DNA of 64,000 bases from Octopus vulgaris (GCA_951406725.2 OX597824.1:23932001-23996000), one strand, 5' to 3'. Positions 40,761-54,142 are shown, counted from the first letter of the stretch. Notes: generated from the letters alone by a model not told the origin. Made by a program: numbers and translations.

Positions 40761-41760
40761 AGTAGTAGTAGTAGTAGTAGTAGTAGCAGCAGCGTTGGTG
40801 ATGATGGCGGTGATGTATTCTTGTTCTTATTGCTGATGACCACAATGGTCGTGGTGGTGGTGGTCATGGTGATGGTGGTCATGATGGCGGTGGTTTCAAC
40901 GATGGCTGTGATGCATTTTTGTTGTTATTGCTGATGATGACGATGGTTGTGGTGGTGTTGGTGGTGGCGGTGATCATGATGGTGGTGGTGGTGGTCATGG
41001 TGGTGGTCGTCATGATGGTGGTGGTGGTGGTGGTGGTCATGATGGTGGTAGTCGTCGTGGCGGCGGTGATGGTGACGAGGCTTTGGTGTCTGTGGTGATG
41101 CTGTCATATTTGATCTTGATGTGGTAGGTGATAGTGGCGATGGCTGTATTGGTACCAGACGATAGTGATGATTGTGGTGGTGGTGGTGGTGATGATAGTG
41201 GTTGTGGTAGCAGTTTTAGTCGTACTGCTGTTGGTGGTGCTTGTTGTAGTAGTAGTGGTGTAGTAGTAGTAGTAGTAGTAGTAGCAGCAGCGTTGGTGAT
41301 GATGGCGGTGATGTATTCTTGTTCTTATTGCTGATGAGAACAATGGTCGTGGTGGTGGTGGTCATGGTGATGGTGGTCATGATGGCGGTGGTTTCAACGA
41401 TGGCTGTGATGCATTTTTGTTGTTATTGCTGATGATGACGATGGTTGTGGTGGTGTTGGTGGTGGCGGTGATCATGATGGTGGTGGTGGTGGTGGTCATG
41501 GTGGTGGTCGTCATGATGGTGGAGGTGGTGGTGGTGGTGGTCATGATGGTGGTGGTCGTCGTGGCGGCGGTGATGGTGACGAGGCTTTGGTGTCTGTGGT
41601 GATGCTGTCATATTTGATCTTGATGTGGTAGGTGATAGTGGTGATGGCTGTATTGGTACCAGACGATAGTGATGATTGTGGTGGTGGTGGTGATGATAGT
41701 GGTTGTGGTAGCAGTTTTAGTCGTACTGCTGTTGGTGGTGCTTGTTGTAGTAGTAGTGGT

Positions 41761-41808
<48 letters not shown>

Positions 41809-41810
41809 CT
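40761..41810. repeat. ~498-bp tandem duplication of GTG/ATG-rich low-complexity sequence
   Basis: GCAGCAGCGTTGGTGATGATGGCGG starts at 40786 and 41284; unique-looking words (GAGGCTTTGGTGTCTG, GGTACCAGACG) occur twice; bounded by (TAG)n. Confidence 0.9.
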
Positions 41811-41898
41811 AGTAGTAGTAGTGATGGTGTCGTTGGTTTCATTTGCTTGGTGATCTTATTGTTGCCGTTGTTATTGTTGCTGCTACGACTGCTGTTGC

Positions 41899-41947
<49 letters not shown>

Positions 41948-42350
41948 GGTGGTTGTGGTGGTGGTGGTGGTGGTGCTAGACGGGGAACAGGTTGGATTGA
42001 TGTTGGTGCTATTGTCGTTGTCGATATTGCATTTGCCTCTTCATTTTTTTAGCCCCTGGTCAACACAGATCCACCAGACCTATATAATACAATGGTTCAA
42101 ATAATGATCATCCCATACCTTTGTTTATCTTACTTTTTACCTTTTACTTGTTTCAGGTACTGGACTGAGGCGATGCTAAGGTACTGCCTTGAAGGGTTTA
42201 GTCGAACATATCCAGTCCAGCGCTTACTTCGTTTTTACTATTCCCGAACAGATAAGTTGCGGGGACATAAACAAACCATCTCCGTCTGTCATGCAGTTGA
42301 GAAGACAAACCAAAATCAAGATCCATATGCGTTATTGTCCTATTTTGGAT

Positions 42351-42392
<42 letters not shown>

Positions 42393-42528
42393 TATGTATA
42401 TATATATGTATATGAATATATGCATATGAATATATATGTATAAGTATATATATGTATATATAAATATATATATACATATATACATGCATACATACATACA
42501 TACACATTTATATATATATATGCATATG

Positions 42529-42564
<36 letters not shown>

Positions 42565-42591
42565 TATGTATATATATACGTATGTATATAC

Positions 42592-42733
<142 letters not shown>

Positions 42734-43837
42734 ACATATATATATATTCTTTGACCTGTTTCAGTCATTTGGCGGCGGCCATGCTGGAGCACCGCCTTTT
42801 AGACCAGCAAATTGACCCCAGGATTTATTCTTTGTAAGCCTTGTACTTATTTTATCGGACACTTTTACCGAACCGCTAAATGACGGGAGCATAAACACAC
42901 CAGTATCGGTTGTCAAGCGATTGTGGGGGGGGGACAAAAACGGACAAACAAACACACACACGACGGAGTTTTTCAGTTTCCGTCTACCAAATCCACTCAC
43001 AAGGATTTGGTCGGCTCGAGGCTATAGCAGAAGGCACTTGGCCAATTTTCCACACAGTGGGGCTGAACCCGGAACCATGGGGTTGGTAAACGTCCTCTTT
43101 CAGTGTCCGTTGACCAAATGCACTCATAAGGCTTTGTTCAGCTCGGTGCTATAGTAGAAGGCACTTTCCTAAATTTCCACACCCTGGGATTGAAACCAAA
43201 ACAGTGTGGTCGGGAATCATGCGTCTAAGCTGGTGCTCCGTGATTTGAGGAAGATATTGGCTGCTGTTTATGGCTAGCTCAAAGAAAGACTAATTTTGCT
43301 TTTGTTGCTGCTGTTATTGTTGTTGCTGTTGTTGCTGCTGTTGCTCCTACTGTTATTTAACCCAAAGCTCGCTCCGATCGAGCAAGCTTATTAACTAAAA
43401 GCGTTCCCCACCTTCTTCCTGTCGTCACAGAAACCAGTACCCCACTAGCTCCAGCGTCTGTTGCTATGGTCTGAGAAGGATTCGAATCCTATTTTTAGCA
43501 TGCTGGGCGACAAGTTAGAAGCTACCTCATTGGCTTAACGCGTATGGTCCAGCAAAGAATGATAAGGTGATCATTAATGTTGTTGTTACATGAAAACAAA
43601 GCTACAGCGAGCGTGCATTTGGCCCATAGACATTTATGCTTGCGAAGAGAACATATTCAATGCGTTTGAAATATGGGAGAATGTTACGAGTTTCTTACAA
43701 GGACAATCAGACATATGAATGGATGTTACAAGTAGGTGAAAGACAACTGAACATTGTGTAAAACAAGATAAATTAAATTAAATGCTCATTTATTATGGCC
43801 ATATTCGAAGAAGCAGATGTTTGGAAAATATTAACAT

Positions 43838-44576
43838 GGTGCAGGAGTGGCTGTGTGGTAAGTAGCTTGTTTACAAACCACATGGATCCGGGTTCAGTCC
43901 CACTGCGTGGCATCTTGGGCAAGTGTCTTCTGCTATAGCCCCGGGCCGACCAATGCCTTGTGAGTGGATTTGGTAGACGGAAACTGAAAGAAGCACGTCG
44001 TATATATGTATATATATATGTGTGTGTGTGCGTGTATGTTTGTATGTCTGTGTTTGTCCCCCCAACATCGCTTGACAACCGATGCTGGTGTGTGTATGCT
44101 CCCGTAACTTAGCGGTTCGGCAAAAGAGATCGATAGAATAAGTACTGGGCTTACAAAAGAATAAGTCCCGGGGTCGAGTTGCTCAGTTAAAGGCGGTGCT
44201 CAAGCATGGCCGCAATCAAATGACTGAAACAAGTAAAAGAGTAAAAGAGAGAGTAAAGAGTAATATGTTTGTAAGTTTATATTCGCAGGCGTCACTGTTT
44301 GGTTAAAATGTTCGCTTTCCAACAATGTGATTCGATGGTGAGGGGTCGATCCATCGCGCAGCACTCTGGGAAAATGACTTTTTTTTTTAGTCATACGGCA
44401 CGAATTCCTGTTTGTGCAGTTTTCTGTCAATATCAAATCTAGTTGTCCTAAAGATGAACTGAGCAAAATAGGTAGCTTGAATGCTGTTGACGTGAAACAC
44501 ATGACTTGGACCTTCAACAAGTTTTGGGGACAGTATTTCTTGGTGCTGAATACAAACACAAACATGCATGTACACG

Positions 44577-44616
<40 letters not shown>

Positions 44617-44770
44617 TATATACATACGCATGCATGCACACATAAAAAGAGAGACGAGAGAGAGATTATTAATTGCATACGATAGGCATAAATACTTTGT
44701 CTCTCCTCATACGCAGGAGTGGCTGTGTGGTAAGTAGCTTGTATGTCCCTTCTATCTGACGCCTGTCGTA

Positions 44771-44841
<71 letters not shown>

Positions 44842-45070
44842 GTGTGTGTTTGTGTGTCTGTGTTTGTTCCCCTAGCATTGCTTGACAACCGATGCTTGTG
44901 TGTTTACGTCCCCATCACTTAGCGGTTCGTCAAAAAGAGACCGATAGAATAAGTACTGGGCTTACAAAAATAATAAGTCCCGGGGTCGAGTTGCTCTACT
45001 AAAGGCGGTGCTCCAGCATGGCCGCAGTCAAATGGCTGAAACAAGTAAAAGAGTAAAAGAGTAAAAGAGT
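43838..45070 (+). mobile_element. SINE family A 5' and 3' modules separated by a duplicated segment
   Basis: Young-subfamily 5' module at 43838-43975 and 3' module at 44761-45070 enclose a copy of 57195-57996. Confidence 0.8.
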
Positions 45071-45083
45071 ATGGAAGGAAGAG

Positions 45084-45258
45084 CAGAGGGCTCCGTAATC
45101 TTTTTTCACTTGCGGCACACTTATATTCCTTTCAAAATTTGGCGGCCCGCCTGAATATAACTAGGAAAAAAAACTTATATTCAGGGTTACACTGCGAGAC
45201 ACTTATCCCCGTCTCGTGGCATACCAGTATGCCGCGACATAACGGTTGCGGAGCACTA
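45084..45258. mobile_element. hAT(Charlie)-like MITE, degenerate
   Basis: Ends CAGAGGGCTCCGTAA / TTGCGGAGCACTA; internal TGCGGCACAC and ATGCCGCGACA motifs. Confidence 0.5.
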
Positions 45259-45490
45259 CAGTAGATCATGACGCAGGCAAAGATCGCATTGGATGGACAA
45301 TACCAAGAGGTGGTTGAACCAAGAGTGGCAAGGCGGCTGGAGTGCTCGTGCTTAATCGGGAAGATTCTCCTTGTAGTCTCAACAATGCCCTGCAAGCGTA
45401 TGATACATGACAACGACGGCGAATTAGCTTCTGATAAACCTTTATGAAGCAGACCTTTAAACAAAAGCATTCCAGCCACGCCCATCCTCT

Positions 45491-45891
45491 TTACTCTCTC
45501 TCTTTTACTCTTTTACTTGTTTCAGTCATTTGACTGCGGCCATGCTGGAGCACCGCCTTTATTCGAGCAAATCGACCCCGTGACTTATTCTTTGTAAGCC
45601 CAGTACTTATTCTATCGGTCTCTTTTGCCGAACCGCTAAGTGACGGGGACGTAAACACACCAGCATCGGTTGTCAAGCAATGCTAAGGGGACAAACACAC
45701 ACACGCATATATATATATACATATATACGACGGGCTTCGTTCAGTTTCCGTCTACCAAATCTACTCACAAGGCTTTGGTCGGCCCGTGGCTATAGTAGAA
45801 GACACTTGCCCAAGGTGCCACGCAGTGACACTGAACCCGGAACCATGTGGTTGGTAAACAAGCTACTTACCTCACAGCCACTCCTGCGCCT
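45491..45891 (-). mobile_element. SINE family A, full length
   Basis: Near-consensus, reverse orientation. Confidence 0.92.
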
Positions 45892-47342
45892 ATTTATTTA
45901 TTTATTTATTTATTTATTGTTACGTGCTCGTTAACCTGGATCACCTTTATCTAAATAGTATACGATCTGAGGAAGATTTGGCAGCTATTTTTAGCTAGTC
46001 GAATATTATGTAGAGACTAGCTCTATAAGATGTAGAGTAATGTGGTGAGGTCTGATGATTGTGATGTAGCTGCTGCTATCGCTGTTTGGCCAATGATCAG
46101 CCCTGACATTGAAGACTTTATGGTTAGAGACAATCCAGCTGTAGCCATCCCGCCTTTTATCCAACGTACAGGATACCCAGGATATTTACATTATGCAGCT
46201 TGTTCTTCTCTAAAACAACATCATGTTGTTCGAGTGATATTAGGCTGTTATTTCTAACACGTCGAACAAACCACGTGAAGACACCGTCGTTTTAACTGTT
46301 GCAGTAATTAGTTGTGAGGCGGAGGGTGTTTGAAATGTGATGTGGCGGTATTTTCGAGTGGCGGTGGTGAGGTGGGGTGCGGTGTCGTGTAGGAGAAGTG
46401 TGCCGTGTCAGGAAGGTTCTCGAAAAAGGCGAGAGCATGATACAAACTGTCACGTGTCGACTGTCACCTCTCTTCCTCTCACAAGCTGGACTTGTTGATG
46501 AAGTATGGACTTATTTTTAAATTGGTCTTAATGTTTGCTTCAGATGGCTTGTGGATGAAGTGGGGGTATCGGTGGTGGTGGTGATGGTGATGGGGGTGAT
46601 GGTGATGGTGGTGATGGTGGTGGTGGTGATAGTAGTGATTGTGGTGGTTTACTGTTACAATGATTGTGGTAGTAGGTGGTGATGCTTCGTGGTGATGACG
46701 GGTAGTAGTAGTAGTAGTAGTAGTAGAGGTGTAAGTGGTGATGGCGGTGGCATTAGTGGTGGTGATGGTGCGGAGGGGGAGCAGTAGTAGTACTAGTACA
46801 GGTGGCGAAGGAAATAGCGGTGGCGGCAGCGGCGGTGGTGGTGGTGGAGTGGTGGTGGTGGTGGTGGTGGTGATGGTGGTGGTGGTGGTGATGGTGGTGG
46901 TGGAAGTTGTGGTGGTGGTAGTAGTGATTGTGGTGGTGGTGGTGGTGGTGGTGGTGGTGGTGGTGATGGTGGTGGTGATGGTGGTGGTGGTGGTGGTGGT
47001 GATGGTGATGGTGGTGGTTGTGGCGGTGGTAGTGGTGATTGTGGTTGTGGCGGTGGTGATGTTTGTGGAAGTGGTGAATATGGTGACGGGCGTCGTTGCT
47101 GCTGCGGTGGTGGTAGTGATGGTGGTACTGCTACTGCTGCTGCTGCTGCTGCCGCTAGCAGTGGTCGGAGTGGTAGCAATGCTTACCGCCTATAAGTATT
47201 TGTCACCATACTTGTGCCAGTGTGACGCGTATGGAAAGTGAGCAGACACACGATGCCGCGTGTGCTTGTTTGTATATGCCTGAACAGTGTGTTTGTGTGT
47301 ATGACTGCGCGTGTGAGTGAGTGTATGTGTGTGTATGTGTTT

Positions 47343-47389
<47 letters not shown>

Positions 47390-47396
47390 TGGCGTT

Positions 47397-47980
47397 AATA
47401 CCTATTTTTTTACGACCCACAAGGGGCTAAACGCAGAGGGGACAAACAAGGACAGACATAGGTATTAAGTCGCTTACATCGACCCCCAGTGTGTAACTGG
47501 TACTTAACTTATCGACCCCCGAAAGGTTGAAAGGCAAAGTCGACCTCGGCAGAATTCGAACTCAGAACGTAACGGCAGACGAAATACCTATTTCTTTATT
47601 ACCCACAAGGGGCTAAACACAGAGGGGACAAACAAGGACAGATATAGGTATTAAGTCGCTTACATCGACCCCCAGTGTGTAACTGGTACTTAATTTATCG
47701 ACCCCCGAAAGGTTGAAAAGCAAAGTCGACCTCGGCAGAATTCGAACTCAGAACGTAACGGCAGACGAAATACCTATTTCTTTATTACCCACAAGAGGCT
47801 AAACACAGAGGGGACAAAGAAGGACAGACATAGGTATTAAGTCGCTTACATCGACCCCCAGTGTGTAACTGGTACTTAATTTATCGACCACCGAAAGGAT
47901 GAAAGGCAAAGTCGACCTCGGCAGAATTCGAACTCAGAACGTAACGGCGGACGAAATACCGCTAAGCATTTCGCCCAGCG
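47397..47980 (-). mobile_element. SINE family B, three tandem 186-bp T1 units
   Basis: CCCACAAG at 47416, 47602 and 47788; all units share private variants (GTCGCTTAC, GGCAGAATTCGAAC). Confidence 0.92.
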
Positions 47981-48221
47981 TATCTAGCTGTGTGCATGCG
48001 TGTGTGTGTGTGTATGTGTATGTTAGGCTGAATGTAGAGTTAAGTATGTACATGAGTGTGTGCGTGTATACATCAGTCTGAAGGTGAATGAGTCGCAAAG
48101 TGAAAATGTGCGAAAATATATATCTGTATGTTTACGTATGCGTGTGCAAGAAAGTGCATGTGTGTGCATACATTCCTATCCACACACACACAACGTATAT
48201 ATGTATATATATATATTATAC

Positions 48222-48279
<58 letters not shown>

Positions 48280-48478
48280 ATATATATATGTATACACACA
48301 CATATATATATTACTCTTTTACTTGTTTCAGTCATTTGACTGTGGCCATGCTGGAGCACTGCCTTTAGTCGAGCAAATCGACCCCAGGACTTATTCTTTG
48401 TAAGCCTAAAACTTGTTCTATTGGTATCTTTTGCCGAACCGCTAAGTTATGGTTGTCAAGCGATGTTGGGTGGACAAA

Positions 48479-48590
<112 letters not shown>

Positions 48591-48712
48591 CAGTGGACCA
48601 GCAACAAAATTTGCTAAGGGGGTGCAAACCAGGTCCTAATTTTTTTAATGAAAAATGTGGATTTTTCCAATGTTAACATTAAAACAAATGCAGGTATAAT
48701 AATTTTTATTAT

Positions 48713-49140
48713 TATGAGGGTCCGCTGAAATATTCATAATCTGAGCAAGACACTCTCAATGGAATGTGACCAAATGAAGTTCATTTTCTAACACAGTTCC
48801 TCTTACTGTCTACACACTTCCATTAGTAGTTACAGTGCTTGGGTTGCACTGGTGAAGAAGCTTTTCTGTTGATCAAAATGGTCATCAACAACAGATAAGA
48901 TGTCCTCATCATAGTAATACTGGTGCTCAGCTGAGTGTTTTTCTATGTTGGGAAACAGATGATAACCAGAAGGAACCAAATCACTAACATAGGGAGGATG
49001 ATCAACCAGTTCAAAGCCAGTCACATACAGCAGCCATTGAAACCAAGGACTTGTGTGCTTAAGCATTGTCCTAATGAAATGTAGTGGAGTATGTAAAAGC
49101 TGGATTTTTCCACCCAAAATGCATGGTGACACACTTGTCT
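48713..49140 (-). pseudogene. Mariner transposase 3' remnant with TIR
   Basis: ORF 48830-49132 contains ELVDHPPYVSDLVPSGYHLFPNIEKH (mariner HPPYSPDLAPSDYHLF motif); TIR-like TA-TGAGGGTCCGCTGAAATATTCATA at 48713. Confidence 0.9.
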
Positions 49141-49264
49141 ACAGATAACTTGAGAGGTCAGTCAGAGGTCCACTGCCGCATTGTATCCAGATCTGATTGC
49201 AGCATAGGATCTGTTCTTTTAATTTAAAAGTACAGGTTGGTATCATCTGTATATTTCAACACTG

Positions 49265-50168
49265 AACTTTCCAGTTTTCGACCAAAGTTCCAGGAAGGTA
49301 AATCCTCAGAACTTTCCAGGAAGTTATCGACCAAATTTCCAGGAAGTTAGAAAATCCTCAGAACTTTCCAGGAAGTTTTCGACTAAAGTCCCAGGAAGGT
49401 AGATAATTCCTCGGAACTTTCCAGGAAACATTCGACCAGATTTCACGGAAGTAAGAAAATCCTCGGAACTATCCGGGAACTTTTCCATCAAATTTCCAGG
49501 AAGTTAGAAAATCCTCGAAACTTCCCAGGAAGTTTTCGACCAAAGTTCACGGCAGTTAGAAAATCCTTGGAACTTCCCCGGACATTTTCGTCCGAATTTG
49601 CCAGAAGTTAGAAAATCGGAATTTCCCGGGAATATTTCGACGAAATTTCCAGGTAGTTAGAAAAATCCTCGGAATTTCCCAGGAAGTTTTCGACGAAATT
49701 TCCAGGAAATTAGGAAATCCTCGGAACTACCCATGAAGTTTTCGACCAAAGTTCCCATGAGTTGTAAAAACCTCGGAACTTCCCAGGAAAGTTTCGACGA
49801 AATTTCCCGGAAGTTGCAAATTCCTCGGAACTTCCCAGGAAATTCTTAAGTACCAGGAAATTAGAAAATCCTCTACACTTCCGAGGAAGTTTTCGACCAA
49901 AGTTCCCGGAAGTTAGAAAATCCTCGGAACTTCCCAGGAAGGTTTCGACCAAGTTTCCATGAAGTTAGGAAATCCTCGGAACAGGAAGTTTTCGCAAAGT
50001 TCCGGAAGTTGGAAACCTCGGAACTTTGCAGAAATTTTCGACCAGACTTCCAGGAACTTAGGAAATCATCGGAACTTTCCATGGAGTTTTCGACCAAATT
50101 TCCGAGTAATTAGGAAATCCTCGGAACTTCCTAGGAAATTTTCCACCAAAGTTCCAGGAAGTTAGAAA
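49265..50168. repeat. ~52-bp minisatellite, about 17 diverged units
   Basis: Consensus ~AGGAAGTTAGAAAATCCTCGGAACTTCCCAGGAAGTTTTCGACCAAAGTTCC; unit starts at 49341, 49393, 49446, 49498 and 49550. Confidence 0.92.
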
Positions 50169-50622
50169 ACTACTGTTATCACATACTTTTTATTTTGAAG
50201 CTACTTTGCTTCAGGAGTTGGTTAGTCATAAATTCCCTTGGAAATTTTAAGCTTAGCTTCATCACTTTTATTTATATATTTTTGTTCTTTGTTTTTGCTT
50301 CAAGCATCTTATACAGATAATTTTTTAGACACTACATTCTGAAACTGGTAAAATTATGTAGGGGGTGCAAATTTTGATCTTGCACCACCTGAAAATTCCA
50401 AGGGTTTCAGGTACACCCCTGTTCCCGGGCCTTTGTATATATATATATATATATATACGACGTTTCTCTATACCAAATCCACCCACAAGGCTTTTGTCGA
50501 CCCAAGGCTATAATAGAAGACACTTGCCCAAGGTACCACGCAGTGGGACTGGACCCTCACCATGTGGTTCGTAAGCAAGCTACTTGCCACACAGCCGCTC
50601 CTACGCCTGCATTCACATACTT

Positions 50623-50697
<75 letters not shown>

Positions 50698-50923
50698 TAT
50701 TTGCATACATAAACAGATGGAAAAAGAAAAAGTATTTGCTTGAAATGGTGGAGGTTGAGTAATATGGCCTTATCAAAGGAACTAGTCTGGGGTCTGATAA
50801 TACTATAAAAATTTGTAAAGGATCTTGGGGAAAATTAATGATCATCATTATGCTCACCGACATATGACGTGGTGGTTATGGGCTCGGGCTACTATCCCCA
50901 AAATTCCGAGTTCGATTCCAGAC

Positions 50924-51055
<132 letters not shown>

Positions 51056-51130
51056 TCAAAAACATCATTTGTTTTATTTTCACATTCCATGAAGACATGG
51101 GTTGGAGTGGCTGTATGTATATATATATAT

Positions 51131-51239
51131 ATTGGCATGCTCGCTTAGCTAGCGGGGTGGCGTCATTGAAGGCTATGCGAAGCGCATTGTGACCAGCAAT
51201 GTGTAGCAACATCTGATAGCCTGGTATCACGTGATCACA

Positions 51240-51243
<4 letters not shown>
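51131..51243. repeat. ~120-bp structured dispersed element in (TA)n, copy 2
   Basis: Homologous to 19930-20053. Confidence 0.75.
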
Positions 51244-51279
<36 letters not shown>

Positions 51280-51300
51280 ATATATGTATATGTATATATA

Positions 51301-51687
<387 letters not shown>

Positions 51688-51796
51688 ATATATATATATA
51701 TGAATGTATAGTGAGAGAGAAAGAGAGCGACAGAGAGAGAGAGAGAGACAGAGAGAGACAGAGAGAGAGACAGAGAAAGTGAGAGAGCCATAGATA

Positions 51797-51844
<48 letters not shown>

Positions 51845-51964
51845 GATGGATTGATAGACAGACAGAGAGAGGCAGGAAGGTATGTAGATAGATACATGTG
51901 TTTGAGCATGTGCATGCATGTGTAAGAGTGTGGTTTTGTACGTGCGTCTACGTTCATGTGTTTG

Positions 51965-51997
<33 letters not shown>

Positions 51998-52410
51998 ACG
52001 TGTCTGCACACGTATAGGTATGTGTGTGTACTTGTTTTTGTATATGAGCATGCGTGTATGCGTGTGTGTGTATGTACATACGTGTGTATGTGTGTGCGTG
52101 CTTGTGTGAGTATACGTACGAACGAAAGTGCAAATTACAACGACCTGTACACACGTGCGACGGCTACAACAGGTCTACACGTGCCTCTGTCGATGACCAC
52201 GTGTCATTGCCATTAGACACGTGTTACCTGTTGTGTTGGAAGGCGACTGTTTGGTTGCACTGTCTGCAAATGAATGGGTCATGTGTTCGGGAGGTGGGAA
52301 GGACGTTGCGGCGAGAGATAGCCATAAGAAGAAATCCATTAACTGCTGCGTGCGTAAATATCTATCATATCTACATAGATTATATCTATCTATATATCTG
52401 TCTATCTATC

Positions 52411-53006
<596 letters not shown>

Positions 53007-53009
<3 letters not shown>

Positions 53010-53065
53010 CTCTACTTTGTAATTTGTCCCCTCTGTGTTCAGCCCTGTGTGGTTAATAAAGAAAC
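53007..53065 (+). mobile_element. Extremely 5'-truncated copy of the Tx1-like LINE tail
   Basis: AAGCTCTACTTTGTAATTTGTCCCCTCTGTGTTCAGCCCTGTGTGGTTAATAAAGAAAC matches 53878-53936. Confidence 0.85.
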
Positions 53066-53105
53066 ATATCTTTCTATCAATCTATCTATCTATCTATCTA
53101 TCTAT

Positions 53106-53936
53106 CTCGTGCAGTGTCTAACAATTTCCGACCTGTGGGCCTATGTCGAACAACTGCTGTCACGTGTGGGACGAGTCGGTTTATCAGCTGAGTCTATCGT
53201 CAATATTGTCACGCCTCTTTCCTTCAAACGGGAAGGAAGAGCTATTTTCATCATCCTTGTGGCTATAGCGAAAAAATGTATCTGGTGGACGCGTCTGAAA
53301 GGATTGGAGACAAACACTTTCCTCTCTGGTCAATCTCTCATCAACTTCTTCAAGTACCACTTGAAAAGGAAAGTGAGAGTAGAGAGGCAAGTTTTGTCTA
53401 GCGAATGTTTTAAAAAAAGATGGGTGAATGTAGCAAGGATGGCACGTATGAATGACGAAGCTACCTTGAGCATAATCCTATGAACTCAGAAATTGAAAAC
53501 AGAGGGTTACCCACTTGCAAACAAATGTGGTAACATATAACAATATTGACCAAGGTTACCGTGGTCTTTTTCGTAGGCTTTTTTCCCACGGATAAACCTT
53601 ACTTGCTTTCCCCTTTACACCATACATCATAACACTGTGATACACGATCCCTATTGATCGATTTTTTTCCTCTTCCCCTTTTTTTCCTCTTTTTTCTTCT
53701 TTTTTTCATTTCTCTTTTCTTTTGTTCCTTTTCCTTTTTTCCTTTTTTTTCTTCTTTTTTTCTTTTTTTTGTTCTTTTTTCCCTTTTACGATCCCTTTTG
53801 ATCGAAAACCTACGCCACCTTTTATTTTGTTTCTTTTGTTTTTTGTTTTTTTTTTGTTTTTTCATCCCCCAAAAGAAAAGCTCTACCTTGTAACTTGTCC
53901 CATCTGTGTGCAGCCCTGTGTGGCCAATAAAGAAAC
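53106..53936 (+). mobile_element. 5'-truncated L1/Tx1-clade LINE (ORF2 C-terminus plus T-rich 3' UTR)
   Basis: Stop-free 53106-53483: VQC...LW...AIFIILVAIAKKCIWWTR...FKKRW, resembling the post-zinc-knuckle AKxxIWxxR region of Tx1/L1 ORF2; AATAAA near the end; flanked by (TATC)n. Confidence 0.8.
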
Positions 53937-54022
53937 TTATCTATCTATCTATCTAGCTAGCTAGCTAGCTATCTACCTGTCTCTCTGTCTGTCTATCTAT
54001 CTATTCATCCATCTATCTGTCC

Positions 54023-54142
<120 letters not shown>

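Larger units (their letters stand above)
48591..50435. mobile_element. Putative non-autonomous DNA transposon (hAT-like termini) inserted in the (TA)n of a SINE-A
   Basis: Left end CAGTGGACCAGCAACA versus right-end reverse complement CAAAGGCCCGGGAACA (11/16 match); subterminal GGGGGTGCA motifs at both ends; SINE-A halves at 48311-48590 and 50436-50610. Confidence 0.65.

Noticed and set aside
44414-44560. Short ORF/exon candidate in the duplicated segment (MQFSVNIKSSCPKDELSK...)
   Set aside because: No recognisable motif; its apparent conservation is explained by recent duplication
46793-47179. Proline-rich (formin/extensin-like) ORF; similarly 17374-17706
   Set aside because: Derived from (CCA)n/(GGT)n tracts open in several frames on both strands; no flanking domain or splice support
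49265-50168. Possible CRISPR-like array
   Set aside because: Units are contiguous diverged repeats with no unique spacers; eukaryotic context and no cas genes
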